DNA of 64,000 nt from the human T2T-CHM13v2.0 reference genome, Homo sapiens. Below the pieces are notes generated by a model. The model did not search any database. It saw only the letters and a program-made list of their open reading frames with translations, and was not told the DNA's origin. This document shows positions 36,265 through 64,000 of the stretch, piece after piece. The DNA lies in NCBI RefSeq assembly GCF_009914755.1, contig NC_060930.1; one strand, 5' to 3'. The stretch's first letter is position 1, and every line of letters begins with the position of its first letter. A program made the translations under genes and the position numbers.

Positions 36265-37559
36265 GCTTCTTTTCTTTCTTTCTTTTTTTTTTTTTTGGTT
36301 AGGACCATTTAAATCAGAGTTTCATATAAATTGCACACCGTTTTTATTTTATGCTCATTGACATTCTTTTGAATCCTGTTGCTGAATAAAAGCCTCTCAA
36401 CGGAAATGTAATCACATTTAATCTCGACCTGTCCAAACGTGGAAGAAAATGAAATAAAGTGCAAGCGTAGGTATAACAATGGAAGATCTCTCACTATGTA
36501 GAAGCTCTTTTAGCCTCCCCTCCCCTACTTGTCATTATATAGTGGGCAATGGTGACGGTAATTGTGTCTTTTTCATTAAAACAGCTTATTAAAAAAAGAA
36601 CACAATGAACATATACAAAGTACTTTATTACACACATACACACACACACGAGTTATTACCAAAAAGTACTACTGAATCCATTTAATGATGAGGAAGGTTT
36701 GATAAATAAAAGAGTAAAGCATTCTTCCTATTAGGTGAAAAATTTCCCAAAAAATCCTTACTCATGTTATCCTTTGCACACTGAGCTCCTTTTAAAAAAG
36801 CCATTTAATTGTATGTGGCTTATTTTTCCATTTTTATTCTTTAATGTTGATATTTTATGGGAATGATTTTAAAGATTAGTTGATAGTAAAGCAAGAAAGC
36901 AAAGAAAATAAACTTGGCATCTGACCTGGCAGAAAGCCACCAACATCGGTGTGTGGCTTTCTGCCATCACCTGACCTCACTGTGCCTTTCGGACACTGCC
37001 TCATCCATAAAATGGAGGCAGCCACTCATTCATTCATTCACTCATTCATTTATTTAGTCATTCATTATTTGCTATTTCATTCCATTAATAAATCTAACTC
37101 TGACAAGTGTCCTCAGGATGTGGAGCCTTTTCATAATCATCACAAGGGAATATAATTGATAAATAAGTGAAAGGCGCAATGCTAATTTGAAACTGATTAT
37201 GACCTCATTATATATAACACACCTAACATTGTTAAAGTATTTACATGGAAGTCTCTGGTAAGAAGAGAAACATCAGGTTAAACTGGGAAAGAAATGCATG
37301 GGTTTCATTGAATTGGACTATAAATCTCTACAGTTGGGCCAGAGTTTTTGGGAATAAACATGAAATCCTGTTTGCTAAATGCCTTGAGGTTTCCAAAAAG
37401 AAAATGCAATACAACTAAATGATGGCATGATAACCAAGGGAAAACAACTATTCATTTTGGAGAGATATGTTAAGTTGTCCAAGATGCAAGTATATGTTAT
37501 GTAATCTACAACATTGATAAGTTTTTGTGGTTCTTCTAAAGAGTTCATTTAAAATTATG

Positions 37560-37730
37560 GTAGTTCAAAGGGAATTATTTTGAGACGATGGAAGTGTTCT
37601 CTATCATGATGATGGTGGTGGTTACATAACTATGCATTTGTCAGAACTCATCAAATTTTATATAGGAAAAGGGAAACTTTTGCTGCATGTAAATTATACC
37701 TCAATGGACCTCATTTTAAAAAATGATGGT
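37560..37730 (+). mobile_element. Old L1 (L1MC/ME-like) 3' end
   Basis: ggtggtggttacataactatgcatttgtcagaactcatc...gtaaattatacctcaat. Confidence 0.6.
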
Positions 37731-37895
37731 CATTCAAGTTCTTTCTTTTTCGTCCCATTGCCACTCCCCCAAAAGTGTTTTAACAGACATTTATTGAATT
37801 TGAGTAATATACAGGAGGGGACCTTTAAGCACTCTGCTAGGAAGGAGGTGCTGGGGCTTTGCTTAATCCCACATTGGCCTAGCATGCATACTGGT

Positions 37896-38189
37896 TGATA
37901 TCATTTGGCTGTGTCCCCACCCAAATCTCGTCTTGAATTGTAGTTCCCACAGTGAGTGATTTCTCATGAGATCTGATGGTTTTATAAGGGGCTTTTCTCC
38001 CTTTTGCTCAGCACTTCCCCTTCCTGATGCCATGTGAAGAAGAATGTGTTTGCTTCCCCTTCTGCTCTGATTGTAAGTTTCCTGAGGCCTCCCCAGCCAT
38101 GCTGAACTGTGAGTCAATTAAACCTCTTTCCTGTATAAATTACCCATCTCACTATGTCTTTATTAGCAGTGTGAGAACGGACTAATACC
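37896..38189 (+). mobile_element. THE1(B-like) MaLR solo LTR with internal deletion
   Basis: tgatatcatttggctgtgtccccacccaaatctc...gaggcctccccagccatg...gagaacggactaatac; TSD ctggt 37891-37895 and 38190-38194. Confidence 0.88.
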
Positions 38190-38440
38190 CTGGTTTCATG
38201 TAGGATGTATGTTCATTTGGGGTGCAGGCGGGTGGTTAATAGAGATTATGAGGGAGGAGAAGACAAGCTAAATGCTATCTTTTCCCTCACTCCATGCCAC
38301 CTCTTGAAGATGCTGCCACTGTCACTTGGTCTATGCTAGATCCTATGGAAGGTCCAGTGCATGTAAGTGTCACTGGTTTTTGTCACCAAGGAACTCACAG
38401 CCTAGTAGAGAAATATACAGTGTGGTAAGAATACTATATA

Positions 38441-38765
38441 CAGTAGTCCTCCCTTATCTGAGGTTTTACCTTCCACAGTTTCAGTTACCTAAGGTCAACA
38501 ATGGTCTGAAAATCAGTGAGTACAATACGATACTTTTAGAGACACAGAGAGAGACCACAGTCACATCATTTTTATTATCGTACATTGTTAAAATTATTCT
38601 ACTATTGTTGTTAATCTCTTACTGTGCTTGATTTATAAATTAAACTTTATTATAGGTATGTATGTACAGGAAAAAACATAATGTATATGGAGTTTGGTAC
38701 TATCTGAAGTTTCACGCATCCATGGGGGGGGTCTTGGAATGTATCCCCCATGGATAAGAGTGTAC

Positions 38766-38770
<5 letters not shown>
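38441..38770. mobile_element. MER44A-like (Tigger) DNA transposon
   Basis: cagtagtcctcccttatc start and ggataagagtgtactact end form terminal inverted repeats. Confidence 0.75.

Positions 38771-38808
<38 letters not shown>
38771..38808. repeat. (TG)19 microsatellite
   Basis: Direct reading. Confidence 0.97.
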
Positions 38809-38809
<1 letters not shown>

Positions 38810-39629
38810 TGTGTATGCATCAACCCTGCCTTAATTTGGAGGGGGGAAGGGTGGGGCTGGATGGGTAAGAGAGGTCCAGGAAATTTACCTAAAGGGATGA
38901 TGTTAGTGCATGGCCTTAAAGAATGAGTAGGTCAGTCAGATGAAGGAAGAGAAGTATAGGGCAGGGATTCTGACTATATCTGACAGCCAATTATTTTGGA
39001 TTATCTTTTGATTGGTGCAATAATAGAGAAATGCATTAACTGCACTGTGTTGGTTATTCAGGAAAAGAAGGCATCTTTCATCTCACTCTGACCTCTATTT
39101 TCATAAGTAAAGCTGCCCTCAGGTAAGCCCAGAGTGACTACTGTTTACTAAATGTTTCCTTTGACAGGTCCACTGTTGATACCTATAAAGGAGCACAGGC
39201 TCCTGCTTATAATAATAAAAAAAAAACTCTGGACTCATGCAACATCTTGTTTATAAATCAAACTTAATTTAATTAATTAACTCACTTCTTGTTCCCATAA
39301 AACACACTTATTTATTTTTGTAGCACCAGCACACAGCGGAGTGCCTGGGCCATGCTAGCACTCAACAAATGGTTTTCAAACGAATTAAATACAAAAGTAA
39401 GTATAGCTGACATCAGTGACCCTGGCACCAGACCATTTGCAGGAATCATTAAATACCTTTAAGATTCTTCAGTCATTAAGCTCTCTCCCATGATAGCCAA
39501 TATGCTGAGCTCCAGTAAGAGCAAACGACCTCACTCCTCACCATTTCCTCTTTAAGCCTCAATGACACTGTAGCCCTGGGATGACACTTCTTTTTGATGG
39601 AAAATCCCAATGTTAAAAATAATCCCTTG

Positions 39630-41434
<1,805 letters not shown>

Positions 41435-43622
41435 ATCAATACCAGAATTGATTCATGGAATTTTGCAAAAAGATGCAAGAAGCAAAGGATTATGCTCCTT
41501 TTTGTCTATAAGAGACTAAATAAGACTTAAAGTGTTCCATACTTGTGGTTTGTTTCCATTTTCACTATGTTAGCAAAAACAGGGCAATTTATAGATATAC
41601 AGTTTTCTTACAGAGTCAGCATTTATCAACTATTTTATTATTTTTAATTGGCAAAAAGTCAAGCAATATTTCCAGCGTTAATTGATTTGACACCTTATTG
41701 AATATGAGGTATGTTCTGGTCATTACACTTACAAGAAAAAGAACAAACCAATGAAACAAACTGCATTTGTCCTGGCAAATTTCATCTAATGATACTACTT
41801 AATCCATATGTAAGGCATTCCATTTTTTTCCAGAAATATGGTTTTAGCCAGATCATCTAAAACTGGATTTTATTTATCTCTCTTACCTGAAACATTTTTG
41901 ATGTAATTAGAAAATTTAGTTCCTCAGTTCAAGAGAAACAGTAGCAGCTGATTAAAAATGCATGCCACCTCCCTATGTCTCTGTTACTCGCTTTTCACCT
42001 GGGCCCCTTCACCCACGCAGGCACCCACACACACACTCTCTCTTTTTTCCCTCCTTGGCTCTATATGGTAAAATGGTGTCAAAGATGTTTATGACAACCT
42101 TTTCTGACACAAAGCTATAAAGAAATCCTCTCTTTCTTATGGCAATGTGACAACATGTAGCCCAAGGGGACAAATCAATTTGTTAGTAATTGCTCATTTG
42201 AATATTAGTGATAATTCATTCAACATCAACAATGAATTTTACAGCTTTCCCAGATTTCACATCTGCACAGTTATTTCTATTCCCTTGCTTAAATCATACA
42301 AAGGAATTAGAACCTGCAAAGATTGTTTATTTTAAAGAAAATCTATTCCTTTAAACTCCCTTTTGATCTGACCTTCCTTATTATAGTGATTTCTTGTCTC
42401 GTCAGTCAGGGAATTTTCAGTGTTGCAGCAAGACTGTCATTGTGTAAATCAGCAAGACTTTGTCATTGTGTAAATCTCACTGCTAGAGACCTAGAAAACA
42501 TACGGACGTGCATTCTCGTGCAGAAACACACACATATAGGTACACATGCAGTTTGAATAGAGTAGGTCAGCAGAACATCCTGCTAAGGTCGTTATCATCT
42601 ATGAATTGGACTGCCTTGAGAATGACCTTGAGAAATGAAGTAGAAACTACAGATAGAGTGAATTTTATAGCCTTTTTGTAAGATGCGTTTTTGGGGGTGT
42701 TATTAGTTACTCCTCTCTTTTTTCTTTCAACATTCAACCTTTGAGATTAGGTTCAAATGATCTCTTAACTGATAGGGCAGAAGGTTATATTTTTAACTTG
42801 ACTTGTCCAAAAGGTGTTCGTCAATTACTTCTCTATGTACAGCACAAATGAAACATGACGTGGGCAGGTTGCTCCTGTCAACCGTCTCACCAGGCTATAT
42901 GTACATGATGGAATAGGCTATTGTGATTGGTATTGATTGAAAGAAGCTAGGGAGAAATTAGTAGCTGGAGTCCTGTTTTCTCCACTCTGCAGGCATGATC
43001 TTTGGCTATCTCTCCATGTGCACCATGAAACAAAGAGCTGAGTCAATTTCTCTGATAATTCGAATCAGCTGAGGCTTGCAGAGAAGGGAGCGTGAGCTGG
43101 GCAGATACGTCTAGTAGCAGCAGCCACCCCAGCAAAGAGACAAAGAACCCACCCAGGAGCCTCACATGCTGCTATTCTAGAAAATTCTGCGCCTTCAGGT
43201 GAATTGGTTCCTGAACATGATTGTCCTCTATTTGAAACTCTCTCAAAGTCTACCTGAGGTTTATCTGTTTTGTAAAATAAGCTTATTTAAATTGAGCACA
43301 ATTTCATCTCATCTGGCCCACTTTGTTTTCAAGGGAAATTAGATACCCTAAATATAGTATGAACTCAAAATTTATTAGAGTGGCAATAAAGAGCATTAGA
43401 ACTAATGGGGTCTCTCTCCTCAAGTCAATATTGTTTAGTATAAATGGATTTGAAACCTACCTCTCCTGCTTACTAGCTATGTGATCCTGAGCAAGCTAAA
43501 ATAAACAAAATCATAAAATACTTCTTAATAATTAGTTTGTTGTGAGAATTAAAGGGAATTTCAAAAGGATTTAATATACACACATATGTGAACGTATAAC
43601 TATGTCTATTCACATATTTATA

Positions 43623-44455
<833 letters not shown>

Positions 44456-44459
44456 ATTA

Positions 44460-44491
44460 TATCTATCCTATCCTATCTATCTGTCCATCTG

Positions 44492-44533
<42 letters not shown>

Positions 44534-44560
44534 ATCTATCTATCTGTCTACCTATCCACT
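44460..44560. repeat. (TCTA)n tetranucleotide microsatellite
   Basis: Direct reading. Confidence 0.95.
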
Positions 44561-44771
44561 CATCTATATCTCCCCCATACCCCATTCCTCATTCCTGGGA
44601 ACACGGTTCATGCTCAACACATGAGAGTACGAGGATGCCAAAAGACATACTGGGTTAGTAAATGGCTAATAGTTTAGATTGAAAGCATTCAAATTGAAAT
44701 AAATAATTGGTGAAGAAGCTGAGAGGTGCTGCTCTCTTGTAGGCAATATAATCACTGAGTTTTGAATCTTA

Positions 44772-45133
44772 TTGTCTTAGTAAGCTTGTGCTACCATAAC
44801 AAAATACTATAGCATGGATAGTTTAAAGAGCAGAAATTTATTTTCTTACAGTTTTTGGAGGCTGAAATCCAATTTCAAGGTGTCAGCATGGTTGGCTTCT
44901 GGTAAGGGCTTTCTTCCTGGCTTGTATTTGGCTGTCTTCTCACTGTGTCCTCACATGGCAGGGAGAGAGAGTGTGTGTTTCTTCTTATAAGGGCACTAAT
45001 CCTAGTTTAAAGACCCCACCTTCAGGACCTCATCTAAGCCTAATTCTCAAAGTCCTCATTTCTAAGTACCACCACATTTCAGGGTTAGGGCTTTAACATA
45101 TGAATTTTGGGGACATAATTCAGTCCATAGCAG
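44772..45133 (-). mobile_element. MLT1A/MST-type MaLR LTR
   Basis: cagaaatttattttcttacagtttttggaggctg...tgtcctcacatggcag...catatgaattttgggg...cagtccatagca. Confidence 0.75.
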
Positions 45134-45259
45134 TCATTTTATCATGTGGAACTATTTCTGGTACTAAGGCACTCTTAATCTCCACGTCAAAAGTGAATAT
45201 TGTTATATTGCTTTTTCAGTAAGTAATAATTGGGAAAAGTTTTCAAAATCTCTGCCAAC

Positions 45260-45900
45260 CCATGGGACAGAGGATCGATATAACTACCATACAAAAAAAC
45301 TCCTATAAATGTATAAGAAAAAGACAGCTAGCTTAATAGAAAATATGCTTAAGATATAAAAAGCAAATCAGTAAAGGCATAATGCAGAATAACAAAAACG
45401 TACGCAAATAAATATATACAGAGATACTAAAATTTCTGGTGGTTAGTAAAATGCAATTTAAAATGGTGAGATACCATTTTTCACTTATTGGACTGGAAAA
45501 TATTAAATAGTTATGCATTCAAAACATGCAAAACTCTGCAGTATTTCTGCATATAGTTGGAGGTAGTAGAAATATTTTTGAAAATAATCAAACAATATTA
45601 TATAAAATTACAATGTGCCTATCCACTGACCTGGTAACTTTACTTTCAAGAATAAATTGAAAATATAAACACCAGTATGCATGACTCTATAGAAATACTA
45701 GGAATAATATAGTATAAGAATACTTACTATAGGATTGGTTGGAACAGCAAGAATTTGGGAAAATAAGGTCATGGTTTAACACATTGTATAACTATACTAA
45801 AGAATATCTTGCAGCTATCAAAAAGTATGAATTTAAACATTTTCATAATATGTTGTCAACTTAAAAACATATCCTAATGTTTTCTAAAGAAAAAACATTT
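45260..45900 (+). mobile_element. Degenerate L1ME-like fragment
   Basis: aaatgcaatttaaaatggtgagataccattttt and related ORF2-end motifs. Confidence 0.55.
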
Positions 45901-45904
45901 TGTT

Positions 45905-48870
<2,966 letters not shown>

Positions 48871-50534
48871 TTATTTTATATACAATTTTTATTTTATATA
48901 AAAATGATAATTTATATAATAAAAATAATAAATAAATTTATGTTTTCTTGCAAGGCATTCTAGATAGTGCACAAACATGAAGTCTTCAGGAAAAAGGAAG
49001 GATCTGAACTAAAACTTTCTTCTGTTTTTAATGGTATATATGCTAAGCCGTATTTACTTAGTCTACTAGATGTACATCATCAATGTGTGGGTGAGGAAGG
49101 AGAAATAGTCTAAATTAAGGACATGAGGGTTTCACCTCTTTATCTCAAGGATTCAACATGTATATTTAAATAAACAGGAGAATAATAGTGAAATATCCTT
49201 TCCTCATGGCAGAGACAAACTTCTTTTTAATAAAAAGAATAATAATGAAACAGTGGGTTATAGGACTGGAGGCAATGTGGCCTAATGGCAAAAAGATTCA
49301 GTCTGGGGTCTGAATCTCTCTTCACCAGAAGACAGCTATGCTATGTGAATTGGGATGTTATTTGAGCCTTCCAAGCCTGTTTTCCATCTATAAAGAGGAG
49401 ATAATAGTTGTACCTATGTCTCTGAATTGTTAGAAAATTAAGACATAACATATATAAGTTGCCTAGCAGGGAGCGTGGTACACTGGAGAAGATCAGTAAG
49501 GGTTGGCTATTGCTATTATTATTGTTCTTATTCTTACTTGAAAACATGCATAGAGGAAGTTCTCATTGAAACCAGTGACACAGAGCTTGGCAGGCAGTAA
49601 GGGTTTTGAGCATCTGTTGGGTGCCAGACAGTACTTTCATAGGGCAGTTGACCTAGTTTCCAGAGAAGTCTGAGGGTATTAACCTGGAGTAGTCATCTGC
49701 AAGTAAGAATGCTTTAAGTCTTATGTTTTATCTTTTGAAAAATTATTGGAAATTTTGCAGTAGACTCCGTAATGTATGCTCATAAGCATTAACATAGAAT
49801 AATGTTCCCCCTTCACAGTGCACCCCAAGTCCTTAAGTATAACTTCTCCTCCTGGGGAGCCAAAACCCACTTATTCTGTGGCTTTTGGCACTGTCTCATT
49901 TATGCCAGATGGAGGAACACAGGTTGAAGATGAGAAAGGAGTCACATGTACAGGGCTGCAGGCAGGAGTTTAAGTTGGGTCTGGGGGTGACTCCATAAAA
50001 AAGATATTGAATGAAATATTCCAGTATTACCTACAAGAGTAAGCACTGTATTGCTAATTACTTTTAAGTGCCAGGCACTCACCTGGGTTAGGCACTCTAT
50101 AAGCATTTTTTCATTACATGTTTACATCTTTGAGAACAAGCTATTATTATCTGCATTTGCGGAGAATTTGCTTTGGAAAGATGAAAGTCCAGAGGCAATG
50201 AGACCATTCAATATCCTGTTAATTGGTCCAATTTTGACATGATGACCATTTGGTCCAAGAGGGTAGCAATACAAGAGTGAAAAAGCACACACTTTACTTT
50301 GTCATTCAATAAACACTGGATGTGTGCTACATACCACATGCTGGTGAATAAGACATTCTCCTTGCTTAAGAGTTAGACTGCAAGTCTGGCTGGCAATTTC
50401 AGGGTTATGTGATGAGTGTTGTGGTGGCAGTAAGCACAGAGTGTCTGGGAGCCCTGAGGAGGAGAAACCAGTTCAGCTTTGGGTATCCGGAGTACTTTTC
50501 ATAGACATGGAGAGATATTTTAAATTAAATTAAT

Positions 50535-54788
<4,254 letters not shown>

Positions 54789-54895
54789 TCATCATCAGTG
54801 TCAACTTTCTTCTCGAACTTTGCCTCTTTGTTTCTTTAGGTTGTGTAATTCCTACCTTACATTTTGTATCCGGACCTCCAAAGATAATACTCAGG

Positions 54896-55077
54896 CTTAC
54901 TTCACATTGCATGCCTGTATCAAAACATCTAATGTACCCCATAAATATATACACCTGTTATGTACCCAGAAAAATTTTAAAAAACAATAAAAACATTACA
55001 AAATAAAACAAAATAATATCAGGGTGTGCTCGAAGGAAAAAAAAGAATAATATATAAATGTTTTTTAAAAAAAGCAA
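54896..55077 (+). mobile_element. Very short 5'-truncated L1 (L1MA1/2-like 3' end) plus extra 3' sequence
   Basis: cacattgcatgcctgtatcaaaacatctaatgtaccccataaatatatacacc; perfect 17-bp TSD caaagataatactcagg 54879-54895 and 55078-55094. Confidence 0.8.
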
Positions 55078-55122
55078 CAAAGATAATACTCAGGATAGGA
55101 AAGTTCTTCTAAATATAAACTT

Positions 55123-55758
55123 TTGTGTAAGTTAGGGTTCTCCAGAGAAAGAGAACTAATAGGAGAAAAACGTAGATAAAGATATGGACATAGACATAGA
55201 TATAGATTTATTATACGGAATTGGCTCACCCAATTATGGAGGCTTACAAGACTCTAGATCTACAGCTGGCAAACTGCAGACCTAGGAGAGCTGATGGTAG
55301 AGTTCCAGTCTGAATGCCGGCAGGCTCAAGACCCAGGAAAAGACTGTTCCAGTTCAGTTTTTTTTTTTTTAATTTCTTTTTATATAGACATAGGGTTTCA
55401 CCCTGTTGGCCAGGCTGGTCTTGAACTCCTGGGCTCAAGTGATACGCCTGCCTAGGCCTCCCAAATTGCTGGGATTATGGGTGGGAGCCATTGCATTCGG
55501 CCCCAGTTCAGTTCTGAAAACAGGCAGGCAGGAGGAAATTCCCTCTTACTTGCAAGCGCTTCAGCCTTTTTTGTACTTTTCAGGCTTTCAGCTGATTGGA
55601 TGAGGCCCGCCCACGCTGGAGAGGGTAATATACCTTATTCAATCAGAGACACCTTCATGTACACACTTAGAGTAATATTCGATCAAATATCTGGCACCCC
55701 GTGGCCCAGTCGCGTGACACATAAAATTAACCACCATGTAATCCATTTTGATTAGTTT
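55123..55758 (-). mobile_element. MLT2 LTR interrupted by an Alu monomer (55357-55503)
   Basis: gttagggttctccagagaaa...gattggatgaggcccgccc...tgacacataaaattaaccacca; Alu TSD ccagttcagtt. Confidence 0.8.
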
Positions 55759-56361
55759 TTCTCATCCCTTAGTCAGGTATACCTCACAGATTCTTCCAGA
55801 ATGGGACTCAATCAATCAGCATATTTTTACTGTGTATAAGGCACAGTAGCTTCTAAAGTATTTTTAGAGATGTTCTTTGTTCTGAAGGAGCTGATAACAT
55901 AGTTAGAAACACTAAACAAAACCTTAATTAAAAATATATTAAAAAGGAATAAACAAAAACTATAGCAAGGCCAGGGGTGATCAAGTACATGGAGACAAAT
56001 GAATGTTGCAGACAAAGTGATTCTATGGAGTAAATGACCGGCATGTATTGGAGCAGAGTGAGCAGAACTCAAGGAAGAAATGGTTCTCAGAGTAAAGGAT
56101 GTGGATGATTTTATTAAGCATGGGGAAGTACTATATTTTGAAATATTAATTTGTGCATTTTCTAGGTGTGCCATTTCCTCTTCCTGCAGCTACAGTGAAG
56201 CAGAAACAAAGGCTCATAGAAAACACTGTCCTATCAGCTAACTGGGTTGCTCCTTAATAAAATAATTTAAAAAAAGAAGAAGAAGAAAACACCATCCTAA
56301 GCGGGAACATTTAGGGTTCATGGAGCAGAATTTACCTCATAGTTTAAATAAAATTGGGCCT

Positions 56362-59746
<3,385 letters not shown>

Positions 59747-59881
59747 TGATTTTATAATTTATTTCTTATGGTGCCTGGCATATTTATGAAAAACTTGTCT
59801 TATGTAAATCACACTTCTGGTTCTTCACAGATTCTCTTCCTACCTGTCCCTTCCCTTTTTCCCCAGGAGCGAAGCATTTCT

Positions 59882-59956
59882 ATGTGTGTGTCTGCACGTG
59901 TGCGTGAGAGAGAGCGAGAGAGAGAGAGAGAGTGAGAGAGACAGAGAGAGAGAGAA
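59882..59956. repeat. Compound (TG)n/(GA)n microsatellite
   Basis: Direct reading. Confidence 0.9.
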
Positions 59957-61595
59957 GGGGTAGACAGAGTTCTGAATCAAGACAAGACATGGGTTTCTGT
60001 CCCCACCCCACTACATAGTTACTGGCCATGCCCCTCTCCAGCCTTCACTTTGTCTCTCTGTCTCAATTTGCTCATCAGTAAGAGGAGGACACCTTTTTCT
60101 TAATAGGGGTTTGGTGGGTATAAAACGAGGTGATATATGTGAAAAACTTAAAATCTATAATGATTAGCACAGCTTTAATACATCGCTCATCACCTGTGCA
60201 GGTCTGGAATCAGCTCCTCCGGGTGTTACCCCAGGATGGCTACGCACCATCTTTGGGAAAATCATTTCAAAAATTGTTTCAGTTACTCCACCTGTGCAAG
60301 GAGGGTAGGTATTATGCAAATGTGCAGCAACTGTCTGATCACAGCTCACTAAATAGTAGTATTACGGTTTACAGGGGATGTGGAGAGTGTGCCAGGTTTG
60401 AAAACGTCAGAGATCCAGAAACCCAACCTCAAGCTGTGCAGAGAGCCTGGGACTAGCCCAATGGTGTCGTAGCCTCCTGTCCCCAGGGGCTGCAGCTGAA
60501 CCTTGAAGGGGACCCAACCCTTTCCTGGCCGGGGTGTGGACACATTGGCCTTGGGCAGGCGCTCTTAGGGCAGGCGCCAGGGTGGAGTTGGAGCAAGGCT
60601 TCTTGGAGAACCCCTCCCTTGGAAATGAATTCCAGTGCCTAACTGCAGATTTCATTCATTTTAACAAAGGACTACTCCTATTCAGTTTGATTAAAATAGA
60701 ATACAGACTTCTTAGGAATTATCAACATACATACTTGCCACACATTCGCATACGTGAGAAAGAAGTTAGGATTTGTAGTGCAATGCCTGGAAAGCGTGCC
60801 CTTCGCCCAGGTATTCCATATCAGGCCTGCTGTCTGCGAAAACGGCATTCAAAATGAAAGACCAGTGCACATCATAGAGAAAATTTTTTAAGCCAAGACA
60901 TTTCCTTTTTCCAATCTGTGCAAATTTATTGAACGCACTTAAAATAAAGAGCATTTGGCAAAAACTTTTTTATTATGATCTCTTAGTAAATTAATCATCA
61001 GTTACTTATTGAAAGTGTGTCTGCTGGTAGTCAAGCAGGGCTAGATAATACCAAAATAATATATTTGAGCAAGCATTTATTGAATAGTAACAGGCACTGT
61101 GCTTGGCATTAATGAGATGAAGACATGGATCCTGTCCTCTAAAAGCTTAGAGAGTGGTTCAGGATGGAGTAGGTGGGGCGTAGCAAATAAATGTTTTCAA
61201 CACATGAATGTTGTGCTGATGAGAAAGCAGAGGCAGTGGGAACCAGAGAGGAGCTTCCAAATCTGGACGTTCAGAGAAGCCTGCCCTGGGGCTTGGGTTG
61301 AGTCTCAGAGGATGAATGGGAGTTGGCAAGCAAAATTGACGGAAGGGTGGGGAAGAGTTCTGTGGTTGGGTGAATAGGAAGGGCAACGTCACAGAGACGT
61401 GAAATGACATTATGCCTGCAAATAAATACACAAGGAAAGTCTGAGGCAGACTATGGAGGAAGACGAGCTGGGAGAGAAAGGTAGGCAAAATTAGGCCCCA
61501 GAAGGCATCTATGCCGTGCTAAGAAATGTGGACTTTGGGTCTATTGGTGGTCAGAAAAGGCTGAGAGAGTGACTTTGAACATAGCCTCATCCGTT

Positions 61596-63697
<2,102 letters not shown>

Positions 63698-64000
63698 TTT
63701 TTTTTTCAATAGATAAGCATGCATTTTGTTTCAACAATTATGGCAAGGCATTGGGCTGGCTATCAGAGATGCAGCAGAGAGCAAGACAATAAATTGGGTT
63801 CATGCCTTCCAGGAGTATAAAGACCAGTGGTGACAATTCTTGGAGAATGAGATGGACTCAGGAAAGTAAACGAGAATTGCACTAGGCATACCAAGCACCA
63901 TGAAGGGAGCACTATATTTGGGAGCATATAATGAGTGCAATCCTAGACTGGGTGACAGAAAAGGCTTCCCTACAGGAACTGATATTTAAGCTGAGAGCTG

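Overview
Primate (almost certainly human) Alu-dense genomic DNA at the distal promoter of SGK1. The only real coding sequence is first coding exon of the long, neuron-enriched SGK1.1 isoform (minus strand, 35583-35515, MVNKDMNGFPVKKCSAFQFFKKR|gtaag). It follows a ~650-nt CpG-rich leader with five uORFs and a TATA-like box. Positions 1-35514 are therefore SGK1 intron 1 and >36.3 kb is upstream. The rest is ~65 Alus, MaLR/ERVL/ERV1 LTRs, L1/L2/MIR pieces, DNA transposons, a processed KRT8 pseudogene and a Y3 RNA pseudogene; nearly all ORFs in the track are Alu, simple-repeat or pseudogene artefacts. The most unusual signal is a MER67-like ERV1 remnant (4102-6094) almost stripped of C on one strand, with surviving Cs mostly in G-N-C context: a candidate fossil of APOBEC-type hypermutation predating the Alus inside it. 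Also notable: a TSD-flanked tailless 5' half of tRNA-Gly(TCC) hidden in an Alu, a polyadenylated LTR-transcript retrocopy, an L1-endonuclease site used twice, and a candidate old L1 3' transduction. Repeat subfamily names and reference sequences are recalled from memory, not searched; repeat boundaries are approximate unless TSDs are quoted.
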